Below are positions 52,175-64,000 of a stretch of 64,000 bases of DNA, one piece after another. This DNA is from Octopus vulgaris (lineage: Eukaryota). The stretch covers positions 47,926,001 through 47,990,000 of the forward strand of contig OX597823.1 in assembly GCA_951406725.2 (NCBI GenBank), in the 5' to 3' direction. Position numbers and translations under genes: made by a program. Each line of letters opens with the position of its first letter. The stretch's first letter is position 1. The notes beneath the pieces were generated by a model. It saw nothing but the letters and a program-made list of their open reading frames with translations. It searched no databases and had not been told where the DNA came from.

Positions 52175-52690
52175 ATTGTGCTGCTTGCGAAGACCTGTTG
52201 AGGCAAGTGAAATCGAAATTGAAATCAAATTCGATGACTGGCATCTGTGCAAGTGGAGCACTAAGAGCACCATCCGAGTATGATTGTTGCCAGAGCGGAT
52301 AAGTGGCTTCCATGCTGGTGGCACATAAAAAGCACCATTCGAGCATGATCATTACCAGCATCACCTTACTGGCCCGTGAAAAAACATTCAAGCGAGGTCG
52401 TTGCCAGTGCCGCTGGACTAGCTCGTGTGCAGGTGGAACATAAAAAAACACCATTTGAGCGTGGCTGTTGCCAGTACTGCCTGACTGGCCCTCGTGCCGG
52501 TGGCATGTAAAAGCACCCACTACACTCTCAGAGTGGTTGATGTTAGGAAGGGCATCCAGCTGTAGAAACTCTGCCGTATCTGATTGGAGTCTGGTACAGC
52601 CATCTGGTTCACCAGTCCTCAGTCAAATTGCCCAACCCAGGCTAGCATGGAAAGCAGACGTTAAACGATGATAATAATGATGATGATGAT
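52175..52690 (+). mobile_element. SINE-C long form with four internal ~60-70-bp subrepeats
   Basis: Reiterated 'gtgc.ggtggcac.taaaa.gcacc' modules, then the standard 3' end and (GAT)n. Confidence 0.8.
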
Positions 52691-53064
52691 GTTTGATAAG
52701 AAGACTAGATAAATTTTAGCCTTAATCGATAGTCTGATGTAATATGACCAGTTGTGATTTAATGAGAATAATATCACAAAAATTTTGACTAATGAAATCA
52801 CCTTATTCATATTATTCAAATTACCTTAGTCATACAATTCTGATACCCAAATAATATTCCTTCATTTTGCATACAAAATTAATAATTTTGAGAAAGTTGT
52901 GAATGTTTCAGATTTTCAATTTAAGCATTCTTTAAAAAGGAAAAATGTTACTTCAAGCCTTTGAGATGGAAGAACATTTTCCTGAGAAAGATATTATTAT
53001 TATTATTATTATTATTGTTATTATTATTATGATGATGATGATGATGATGATGATAATAATAATA

Positions 53065-53127
<63 letters not shown>

Positions 53128-53132
<5 letters not shown>

Positions 53133-53550
53133 CAAATATAAAGATCTTGAAATAGAAATCAGCAAAATGTGGAACCTGAAGACTAAAACAATGCCTGTTG
53201 TCATAGGTGCCCTGGGAATGATAGCAAAAGGGACTGATAGCTACCTAACTCAGATACCAGGAAACCCAAAAATGGTAGAAATTCAAAAGATAGTGCTCAT
53301 GGGAACTGCTCATATCCTACGCAAAATACTTTCTATGTAATCTCAAGGTTTAAAACAAACATAATTTTCGGTTTTTAAAAAAAAAATTTTTTTTTTAGAC
53401 ATTCATTAGTACAACACCAAAAACTCCCCCACCCAAATATATGGCACACTAGGCATAACAACAACATGAACTTCCAACCTGTTGTCTCTTGAGGTCTCTG
53501 GGTGAGACTTGGAGCCAACTTGTACAAATATAAAGCAAAAGTCAAACATA

Positions 53551-53552
<2 letters not shown>
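53128..53552 (+). mobile_element. R4/Dong-like LINE 3' end inserted in (TAA)n
   Basis: SKYKDLEIEISKMWNLKTKTMPVVIGALG...EIQKIVLMGTAHILRKILSM* plus 3' UTR, with (TAA)n on both sides. Confidence 0.9.
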
Positions 53553-53601
<49 letters not shown>

Positions 53602-53616
53602 TAATAATAATAATAA

Positions 53617-53647
<31 letters not shown>

Positions 53648-54638
53648 GAGAAGAAGAAGAAGAAGAAGAAGAAGAAGAAGAAGAAGAAGAAGAAGAAGAA
53701 GAAGAAGAAGAATAGTAATTATGATGATGATGATGATGATGATGATGATAATAATAATAACCTGGTCTGATTTCCAAAATAGAATTGCTTTCATACATCA
53801 TCATCATAACTATCATTATCATCATCATCATCATCATCACTCAACATTTTTTCCATGCTGGCATTGGTTGGACGGTTTGACACAAGCTGACCAACTGAAG
53901 GGCTGTTCAGGTTCCATGTCTATTTTAGCATGGTTTCTACAGCTAGATGCCCTTCCAAACACAAACCACTTAACAGAATATACCGAGTGCTTTTACACAG
54001 CACTGGCATGGGTACATTTATGTGACCCCAGCATGGGTGCTTTTTAAGTGGCACCAGCATTCACAAGGCCACAAGATTAGGAATGTTCAGCTGGAGAGGG
54101 ATGCTGGGGGCAAGCCTGTATGCAAAAACAACCACGTTTTTACTTAGCTTGACATGTTTTCTCAAGCACAGCAAACCATCAGGAGTTCCAGTCCCTTGTC
54201 ACCCTCTCTGTGAATCCCAGCATTTGCAGATCCTTTCCCACCAATTTGTCCCACATCTTCCACATGTTCCCTAAACAATTAGTGATTGGCACCTCTTGAC
54301 ATAACTTCTTCATTCATATGCATTATGGAAAATAATCCATGCCTATTAAAACATCGCTACTCCTTCAACTAGAATACTAGAAACATTAAATCTATAGATG
54401 CAGGTATGAGTGTAAAGGTGACAAATACATTTAACAACCATGTGGATCTGAGTTCAATCCCACTGTACAGCACTTTGAGCAAGTGTCTCCTATGTGTGCA
54501 TATATATGGTTATATTATTGCTTTGAACATGAATAATCATTATCGTATTAATTGAGCTCTCTGCTAAAAATGTGTTACACAAAGAACTACTTTCATTGTA
54601 TTTGGGAGATATGTTATTTTAAGTGTGTGTATGTGTTT

Positions 54639-54709
<71 letters not shown>

Positions 54710-54712
54710 AAC

Positions 54713-54744
<32 letters not shown>

Positions 54745-54750
<6 letters not shown>

Positions 54751-55030
54751 AATCCCTTAAAGTTTGAAATAGGAAGAATTTGGAGCATGTGAACATTAAT
54801 GGTTGTACCTATAATAATTGTTGCATTGGGAACAGTAAGCCAAGATATAAACAAATGGCTGGAGGAGATTGAAATAGAATGCCAGACAGAGTTCCTACAG
54901 AATATTTGTCTCTTAGGGACAGCAAGGATTATCAGGAAGGTTCTAAGTACTTGAAAGACTTACCTGTTATCCGCATAATTCCTATCAGGAATAAGACTGA
55001 ACCTGAGCCAAACCAAAATAATAATAATAA
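54745..55030 (+). mobile_element. R4/Dong-like LINE 3' end in (TAA)n
   Basis: YNPLKFEIGRIW..VVPIIIVALGTV..LQNICLLGTARIIRKVL*, flanked by TAA. A shorter relative lies at 55300-55520. Confidence 0.8.
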
Positions 55031-55551
55031 TATATAAAAGCATCCAACCCACACTGTAATGTGGTTGGCATTTGGAAAGATGTTCCACTGTAAAAATCAT
55101 GCTGAAACTAACCTCGCCTGTGCATAAAAATCACTGAGTCCTCTTTGCAGAATGGTTGGAGTTGGGAAGGTCATTCAGCCATAAAATTTCTGCCGAAACA
55201 GACACAGTAGCTTAGGGTAGTTTTTCTACCTTTCAAGCTCTTGTCAACCATCCTACCCATGCATAGAAGATGGATGTTAAACGATGATGATGATAATAAT
55301 GATAGACAAGTGGTTGAAAGAGATTGGAACAGAATGTCCTGTAGAGCTTCTACAGAAAGTTTGCCTCTAAAGGACAGCAAAAAATTATCAGGTTCGTTTT
55401 AAACACCTGAAAGATTATTGATAGCTTGTAGATACCAAAGGTTATAGGTAGTAACCCACTACCCACATAAATTCTTATCAGGAATAAAAACGAACCTTGA
55501 ATCAAATCAATCAGTAATAAGGATGAAGATGATGATGATGATGATGATAAT

Positions 55552-56057
55552 AACATTGTTTTGTCTTGGTATAAAAGATGGGCTACAACAAATATTCTGC
55601 TCAATACCACAGATTTGCTTGTCAGTTGTTTGACCATAACCAGTTGAGCATGTCCTTTAGTGGCTGACGATATGTGCATCTCTAATCATGTACAGAAGTA
55701 GTGGGCAAGCATGATAGCCATGTGCTGTGAGGAATTCTTAGAGATTTGAATAATTCACCCCTGGAAATATGGGTGTTTCATTCAACACCCTTAAACAACC
55801 CTTATTCAATTATTCAAAGACTTTTTTGAGCAGGATGGGCTACTTGACCTGAAGAAAATTCTAACTGAGCCCCACCTGCTAGGCCATGTACTTTTTATGT
55901 TGATATGAGATCACCATGTTGCACACATATGGTTGTGATGCTTGTGTCTGGTGTACCCTTATCAGACGGGCAGTCATGATGGATATGTAGGGCTTTGTAT
56001 ATTTTATCCCAGTGTCACTTTGATGGCATGCACTGCTCTCTTACTCAATAATAATAA
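55552..56057 (+). mobile_element. ~600-bp interspersed repeat with (AAT)n tail
   Basis: Similar to 36405-36897; ends 'cactgctctcttactc-aataataat'. Confidence 0.85.
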
Positions 56058-57122
56058 TTCTTTCTACTATAGATACAAGGCCTGGATTTTGTGGGGAGGG
56101 GGACAGTCGATCACATCGATCCCAATGCTCAACTTGACTTATCGACCCTGAAAGGATGAAAGATAAAGTTAGCCTTGGCAGAATTTGAACTCAGAATATA
56201 AAGACAGACAAAAATACCACAAAGCATTTTGCCCAGCATGTTCATGATTCTGCCAGCTCATCACCTTAATAATAATGATAATGATAATGTGCATGTAATG
56301 CGTTTGTGTTAATAATAACAATCTGATTCAATTAGTTTTAATATTTAAAAAAAAATTAAACCAAGTATTTATGAGAACCTTGTATAAACCTGACACAACT
56401 TGAGATTATGCACACCTTGGAAGGCCATGACAAAAACTTCCTTATTTAAAAATGATAACATCTAATTCAATGGAAAATCAATATTTCAGAAATAAAATCA
56501 ATTTTAAATATATACATTAAGAAAAAAAAATACCCGAAATTCTCTTAGAACAAATAAGCATTTCAATGATGACAACGACGATGATGATGATGATGATGTT
56601 GATTACGACGACGACGATGATGATGATGATGATGATGATGACGACGATGATGTTGATGATGATGATTATGATGATTATGATGATAATACAGCTCTTTAAT
56701 CAGATAAACAGATTAGAAATTCTCTTGTTAAGCCTTAGGGTTTTACCATGTTAATGGAGTATCTGCTGCAAAAGGGAAGATGCAGATCAATGCTGTCATG
56801 CTTATAGTTTGAAAGGATAAGCAAGTAATCCCAGAAAAGATACAATACAATAACATATTAAACCCATACTTTGGCTTAGTTCATCTAAAGCTTAGTCTGA
56901 AGAATTCAACTTGCACTATATAAATTTAGCTTTTGCTGAAAACACAAATATTACTTTCAATTCTTGCAGTAAAGATGTAAGTCAATGTTAATCTGAAGAT
57001 TATCAGGAAAGCAACTTCTTACCAAACTGGCTGTTAAGAAATTATAATTGCATTCTTAGGGACCATTCAGGAGATAGAATCACAAATGTAAAAGCTGGAA
57101 ATATAAACGTTTTACATATATA

Positions 57123-57225
<103 letters not shown>

Positions 57226-57226
57226 G

Positions 57227-57260
<34 letters not shown>

Positions 57261-57336
57261 TATATACACATTCATATATATATATATATGCACACACACA
57301 CACATATCATTACTTCTATAGATATGTTTGTATGTA

Positions 57337-57426
<90 letters not shown>

Positions 57427-57550
57427 CAGATATGTCTATATATATATATGTATATATATATATATACATATGCATATATATACATATATATATATACACA
57501 CATATATATACACACATACATACATATCTATATATATAGATATGTATGTA

Positions 57551-57637
<87 letters not shown>

Positions 57638-57640
57638 CAG

Positions 57641-57686
57641 ACAACTAATACTCAGAGTTTCACGCTTCCTTTCATCAGACAGTTGT
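57641..57686 (-). ncRNA. Hammerhead ribozyme-like motif, type I, compact
   Basis: Minus strand: ACAACTGT CTGATGA aaggaagcgt GAA ACTC t GAGT A TTAGTTGT. Stem I is 7/8 paired, GUA triplet, stem II has one mismatch. Confidence 0.6.
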
Positions 57687-58155
57687 AATAAATACATATC
57701 TTTGGTATTCAAGTACTATTTATTCAACCATGCTTTTGCACTTATGTAGTCACCTGTGTATATATAAACAAAGCTAGTTGCACATAGTTCCGGGTTCAGT
57801 CCCAGTACATGGCATCTTGGCCAAGTGTCTTCTACTAAAGCCTCGGGCTGACCAAAGCCATGTGAGTGGATTTGGTCAACGGAAACTGAAAGAAGCCTGT
57901 CGTATGCGCGCGTGTGTGTGTGTGTGTGTGTGTTTGAACCCCCAACATTGCTTGACAACTGTTGTTGTTGTGCTTACGTGCCTGTAACTTAGTGGTTCAG
58001 CAAAAGAGACTGATAGAATAAATACTAGGCTTACAAAGAATAAGTTCTGGGGTCGATTTGCTCAACTAAAAGGCGGTGCTCAAGCATGGCTACAGTCAAA
58101 TGACTGAAACAAATAAAAGAATATATATATGTATGTATGTATGTATGTATATATA

Positions 58156-58645
58156 TAAACAGCTTAGAAGATTAAGTAAATGTCCTTAGAAGACAGAAAA
58201 AGTGGCCAGCAAGCTGTTCCAGACCATCAAAGCTTGTACTTTTGAAATTTCAGCTGAGATATTTACCCAATCTTCTAAGCTGTTTTTACAGCTATTCTGC
58301 ATATGAAATTTACTTTATTTTCTTTCACTCAGTGCTTCTAAGTTTGTTTATAAAAAGAAACAAAACTGTTCTCACATTCTAAAAGCTATTATTTAACCCT
58401 ATAAAAAGATGATATTAGTCGTCAGCGGTTGCTTAGCTTAGTGGTACAGAGCATTAAGGTGGAAATTGGGAGGTGCAGGGCTTGAGCCCATATAATAGCT
58501 TGCTGGATACTTCTTTTTCCATCTTCTGAAGGTATTTATCTGATCTTCTAAGCTGTTTTGCAGTTATTATTCTGTGTTTGAGAGTTACTTTATTTTCTAC
58601 TAAATACCAACACCCTTGGTGCTTCTAAGTTTGTTTATAAAATAT
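58156..58645 (+). mobile_element. Inverted-plus-tandem (pLTR-like) element with a tRNA-like segment
   Basis: 58156-58218 is inverted relative to 58496-58558. 58258-58354 is a direct repeat of 58532-58643. A box 'tagcttagtgg' at ~58434 and B-box-like 'ggcttgagccc' at ~58479. Confidence 0.65.
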
Positions 58646-59777
58646 GTGTGTATGTATGTAGTCACAATTCTAAAGGAACATGCAGTGAGAATCATGCATA
58701 GAGGCCAGTTGTCTTTTGTTTATACATCACAACTAACATACCTCACACCAAAACAGAGGCACACACACAAACACATGCACAGAGTTGTACACATCTACGA
58801 AACTTGAATTTTATAGGTCTTAGTTCTTTTTATATTATTTTACATCTATGATGAAAAGTTTGCTTCAAGTAAATATCAACAAGTAAACTAAAGCAACAGG
58901 TGGTTGGTTAGAGAACCCAATGGCAATATTTGTACAACATTTTGTTACAAACTCTCCCTTATCATTCTTGCTGCCAAAAATGAAATGTAGTGAACTAATC
59001 ATTGACCTGGGGTAATCCATAACAAATGACTAAGTAAATGAGCAAAACAAATAAATGAATGAACCAATAAATAAATAAATAAATAAATAAATAAAAGTTG
59101 AAGATTTATTCTCAAGACATCATGTTTAACTCTATATTCCATGCTTTAAAAATACATCTGTCATTAATTCTATTTTGCAATATCTGTGATGTGATTGTTA
59201 AAGGTTACACTTGTTGCATTTGTTGCTTCAAAACCTAACTTGTCTTGTTTTACTTGTTGGTCATCTCGTCAGGACAGAGTTTGGTTTTTGAATGAAGATA
59301 ATTTTCAAAATTTTTTGTATATTTAAGTTCTACAATTTTGTTTAGAATGATTAACATTATTTTCTTTTTTTTTTGTTATATTCTTTTATTGTGTATTTGT
59401 TGTCACCCATGATTGACCAGAAATATCATAACATGCTATACAAGTTATGACCATCCGATATTTTTACAAGAGAAATTTGGGGGATCTTTCCAGCAAGTTG
59501 CTGGTCTTAGAAGTCAGAATGGTGTGAGTGTGTGTGTCTCTGTGTACGTCTCTATGTGTGTGTGTATAAACATGTGTTTGTATTTATGTGTTGGGGCCGT
59601 TTTTGACCGGTCCCAGAGTTTATTGTGGTGTATGTAAATGTGACTGTATGTGTTTTATATTTTGTAGGTGTGTGTATGTGTGCCCGTTTGTGTGTATATG
59701 TGTGCACGTTTGTGTGTGTGTGTATGTGTGTGATTAATATTTGTTAAGGTGTTGTGTGTGCACAAGTGTGTGTATGT

Positions 59778-60135
59778 GAACTTTCATTTGCACCCATCAT
59801 CAAAAGTGCATTAGGTTATGTACATACAAATTTGCACAAAAACGTAGAAACACTTGGTATCACAGAAAAAGAACAAAAGAAACTGATGCGGATTCTCCAA
59901 AACCAATCTATTAGTGGCACTGTGAAGATCAGTAAGATATTTCAGAAATTCTCCAAGTGAGATTCTTATGTGAATAGATACATGCACTTGGATGTATGCA
60001 TCGACAGTTCAACCAACACATATTCACAAAAACTGGGAACTCTCTTGAATCAAAAAGCCTTGTTGTTTTGTTGGCAACCAGCTTGAACTCTCTGAAGAAA
60101 AGCTTAAATTAAACCTGAAGAAAAATATACATACA
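59778..60135 (+). mobile_element. (TACA)n-associated R4-like LINE 3' end
   Basis: FAPIIKSALGYV..LQNQSISGTVKISKIFQKFSK*, then a 3' UTR and tacataca. Confidence 0.8.
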
Positions 60136-60379
60136 TATATTCATATCTATCATATCATAACATAACATATATCATACCTTTTGTTTAAATTCATTCATTT
60201 TCACTTCATCCTTATAGAAACTTTTACTGATGAGCTTGTGTGGAGAAACTCATGAATAAATTTTCCTTGGGGTATTGAAATCAGACTTCTGTACTACATG
60301 CTAGAAATAATTTCTCAAGGATAATAAGATATTGTAGTTCTCACTTGAAGAATCAAAAAATTTCAGCATACTCTACATA

Positions 60380-60775
60380 GTGAGACGTTATATTTACCTG
60401 TGAGCTGATTGGCCTAATAAAGTAACCGTGTGTTCTGCTTTGTATTAATGTCAGATATTTGTGCTTCTGTATATTCATTGGCCATGAGTGTGACTATTTT
60501 AACTTTGTTATTTACTGCAATATCACACTTAATGAATTTAAGTTTGGTTTTAAGTTCAGATGTAGGATCACTTTTGATTGGAGAGCATTTTGTTCTGTCA
60601 TTTAGAATGTTGTACAATTTAGTGATGTAGTTGCTTGAGTGAAATTTAATAAATGTAGTTGACATATCTGTCTTACTGATGCTGGTGTCTTTGCTTCATT
60701 GTGTGCAAGTTCGTGGAGAGGAGAACTTGTTTGAAATTCTTTTTCAGTGGAACACTCTTGAAAGAGAAACTGCAC
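60380..60775 (-). mobile_element. Penelope-like element RT N-terminal fragment
   Basis: 'KTDMSTTFIKFHSSNYITKLYNILNDRTKCSPIKSDPTSELKTKL' matches the PLE pattern (ADK...Y..K....L.D...Y/F.....DPT). Confidence 0.75.
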
Positions 60776-60867
60776 CTCATTTAGTCAAATACACATACAT
60801 ACATACATAGATGCATACATACATACATACATACATACATACATACATACATACATACATACATACA

Positions 60868-60898
<31 letters not shown>

Positions 60899-60950
60899 GC
60901 AGACATACATATACACACACACATGTAAGTGTGAGTATATATACATACAT

Positions 60951-61000
<50 letters not shown>

Positions 61001-61532
61001 ACATATATAGGCATATACATTGTTATACATATATGCAGATATCTATCTATCAGTCTACCTATCAATCTATTTATCTCTCTCTCTCTCTTTCGTTATATAT
61101 ATATATGTATATATATATATGACACCATAAAATAATTACAGGTGACACAATTTGAATAGGAATTATTCAACTTAAGTTAGATTACGCCACCTGTTATTTA
61201 AACTTATTGTGTTACAGTACTTTATCTAAGTGTTGAACACTACACAACTTTGTAGCTTATTTGTAAATTATTACAAAGGATTTATTATTATTACATACAA
61301 AGGCGACGAGCTGGCAGAATCATTAGCATATCCGACAAAATACAAACAGCATCTTTACTGCCTCTGTACATTCTGAGTTCAAATTCTACCTAGGTTGACT
61401 TTTTTCTTTGGAGTTGATAAAATAAGTACCAGTTGATGTTATCAACTAGACTATCCCCTTAAAATTTCAGTCTTTGAGTCTATATTAGAAAGGATTATTT
61501 TTACATCCATGCATATATACACACAAACACAA

Positions 61533-61752
61533 ATGAAAGGGTGCTGAAAAGTTCCTAGCTTTAAGGGTATTGCAAAAAGCCTGGCTGGAGGCTCAACCTT
61601 CTGAGGTCTTTTACAGGGTTTAGAAAAACTGAAGGACCGCTGCAATAAGTGTGTGGATTTGAGAGGGGAATATGGTTAGTAAAATCATAATTAACTGATT
61701 CTCCTGTATTTTCTTTTAATTAAAGTTAGGAACTTTTCAGCACACCCTCGTA
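61533..61752 (+). mobile_element. Mariner-derived MITE (same family as 23891)
   Basis: TIRs gggtgctgaaaagttcct / aggaacttttcagcacaccctcgta. Confidence 0.85.
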
Positions 61753-62091
61753 CACGTATATTTATTAAATACGTACAAATATTTACAATCATGCATATAT
61801 GCATGTGTGCATGTGAGTATGTGTGTGTGTGTGTGTGTGTGTGAGTATGTGTGTGTACATTGAAAAGAACAAGAAGAAATGGGGATGTAGAACTCTCAGG
61901 TTGTAGTAATAGTCATAAGCTCAGAGAAAGAGGATACTGGAGGTGCAAGTGCAACCACTAAAATATTGTGTGGGGCAAAAATCTTTGAACATTCTCCTGA
62001 AAATCTTCATTGATAAGACAAATGAGCATAGAAACATTTTTGGACTAATTTGAAATTATATATACATACACATATATTTATACATATATAT

Positions 62092-62490
62092 AGGCGTAGG
62101 AGTGGCTGTGTGTTAAGTAGCTTGCTTACGAATCACATGGTTCTGGGTTCAGTCCCACTGTGTGGCACCTTGGGCAAGTGTCTTCTGCTATAGCCTCAGG
62201 CCGACCAAAGCTTTGTTAGTGGATTTGGTAGACGGAAACTGAAAGAAGCCCATCATATATATGTATATATATATGTGTATGTTTGTGTGTTGCTTTTGCC
62301 CCCCTCCCCCAACATCGCTTGACAACCGATGCTGGTGTGTTTACATCCCCGTAACTTAGCAGTTCAGCAAAAGAGACTGATAGAATAAGTACTAGGCTTA
62401 CAAAGACTAAGTCCTGGGGTCGATTTGCTCGACTAAAGGCGGTGCTCCAGCATGGCCACAGTCAAATGACTGAAATAAGTAAATGAAAAT
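62092..62490 (+). mobile_element. SINE-A, full length
   Basis: Complete from 'ggcgtaggagtggctgtg' to 'gactgaaataagt'. Confidence 0.9.
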
Positions 62491-62724
62491 ATATAAACTT
62501 ACTTATATATGTGCATATATATTTGTATATATATTATTAATATACATATACATATATAAACTTACTTATATATGTGTATGCATATTTATACATCTATATA
62601 TATAAACTTACTTATATATGTGTATATATATATTCCTTTTTATTATTTTATTCTTTTAATCTTTTACTTGTTTTAGTTATTTACCTGCAGCCAGTTATCA
62701 TAATCATTATTACACCTGCATTTA

Positions 62725-63150
62725 AGGTGACAAGCTGGCAGAATTGCTAGCACACCAGCCAAAATGCTTAGCAACATTTTGTCAATCTTTACATCCAGAG
62801 TTCAAATTCCACTGAGGTCAACTTTACCTTTCTTCCTTTCAAGATTGATAAAAAAAAGTACATGCTGAGCACTGGCGGCTATTTAATTGACTTATTACCT
62901 TCCTGAAAATCAATAATAATATTGGTTTTAAAATTGACACAGTGTCAGCAATTCTGGGAGAGGAGATAAGTTGATTATATTGACCCCAGTGCACAAATGG
63001 TACTTATTTAATAGATCCTAAAAGGATAAAGGCAAAATTTTATCATCCCCGAAAGGATGAAGGGCAGAATTTGAACTCAGAACATGAAGCTGGACGAAAT
63101 GTTGCTAAGCATTTTGCCCAGCATGATTACAATTCAGCCATCTTGCCACC
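62725..63150. mobile_element. Tail-to-tail inverted pair of SINE-B copies
   Basis: Plus copy at 62725-62905 and minus copy at 62920-63150. Confidence 0.8.
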
Positions 63151-63415
63151 TTCCATCATACTAAAATTAATTGACCAATTATGAACACCCAATCAGAACA
63201 ACCAATATATATAAAAAACATTCAACCCAATATATATGTAAGATCGAGAAATGGACCTTTTTAAAAGCAAAAACCAACACACATTTTGTGAAATCTCTTC
63301 CTAAGGGTTATTGTCTTTCTACTTTCTAAAAAGGTTCTTTTCTCGATCTTAACTCCTTGAGAAAAAATCTTCTCTCCAAATATTATAACTGTATCAAGGA
63401 ATTTCCAAAGCACTC

Positions 63416-63464
<49 letters not shown>

Positions 63465-63897
63465 TTTATTTAAAGCAGCAGAAAATTCAACATATATGCA
63501 TGTGTGTATATTATATAAATACATATGTAAATATATACATGACCTTGATGGTCCACTGGCACTAATCAGTCAATGCTGTTGACTGTATCTTAGTTAAAGC
63601 TATAGCTTTATTAGGTCTGTCCAGACTTGCCTCTCTTCAATAATTTCCATTGATAATGGCTAAGAAGCTAAAAACATCAATGTCTGGAAATCCAGCAGGT
63701 GGCAGCACTGGACAGATATGATGTTTTTAAACCTATTTTTTTTACCATAAGAGAGAAACTTTTCTCCGCGGTCACTGCAGTGAATTTGCCTTTAGCACTT
63801 GAAATATGTCACAAAGATATTTTAACTAATCTAAAGTTTGCTTATGCCTACACACTACTAGCCTCTGATATTACTGTAATATATATATATATACACG

Positions 63898-64000
63898 TAC
63901 AAGGGGGCACTGAAAAGTTTCTGGCGTTAAGGATATCATGAAAGGCATGATTAGAGAACCAACTGTTTGAGTTCTTTTACAAGGCTTAGAAAAACTGAAG
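63898..64000 (+). mobile_element. Mariner-derived MITE, cut by the window edge
   Basis: 'tacaagggggcactgaaaagtttctgg...ggcttagaaaaactgaag'. Confidence 0.8.

Noticed and set aside
52945-54047. 131-181-aa ORFs with poly-I/M/R
   Set aside because: (TAA)n, (GAT)n and (AAG)n tracts fused to an R4 3' fragment.
58430-58495. tRNA gene (also the SINE heads throughout)
   Set aside because: A/B boxes are present but there is no complete cloverleaf or acceptor stem; part of a repeat.
59238-59280. Minus-strand TGTC-CTGACGA...GACA
   Set aside because: The GAAA box and cleavage triplet are absent; at most a heavily decayed remnant.
60222-60296. CTGATGA...GAAA beside the Penelope RT fragment
   Set aside because: The context is suggestive, but stems I and II do not pair adequately in this copy.

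Overview
AT-rich animal genomic DNA saturated with repeats. The SINE families and the (CA)n/(TA)n/(TACA)n/(GAT)n/(TAA)n load look like an octopod cephalopod (Octopus); this is inferred from repeat recognition, not from a search. I found no host protein-coding gene. Nearly all listed ORFs are translated microsatellites or decayed transposon pieces, so the window is probably intronic or intergenic. It contains dozens of copies of four SINE families (labelled A-D here); decayed LINEs (R4/Dong-like, CRE-like, CR1-like, RTE-like, Tx1/L1-like); a Penelope RT fragment; a truncated but well-preserved mariner transposase; mariner, hAT and piggyBac-type MITEs; and a non-autonomous Helitron. The most interesting hidden signal is a set of minimal type-I hammerhead-ribozyme motifs in Penelope-like fragments. 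Within the first 1.6 kb, three Watson-Crick variants of the catalytic-core 3:8 pair occur (C3-G8, G3-C8, U3-A8). Other notable features: tRNA-headed fold-back elements, a SINE array built by repeated insertion into one reiterated ~15-bp target, microsatellite-associated R4-like LINEs with two repeat contexts, and local template-switch rearrangements. Repeat boundaries were read by eye and are approximate; only representative SINE copies are listed.
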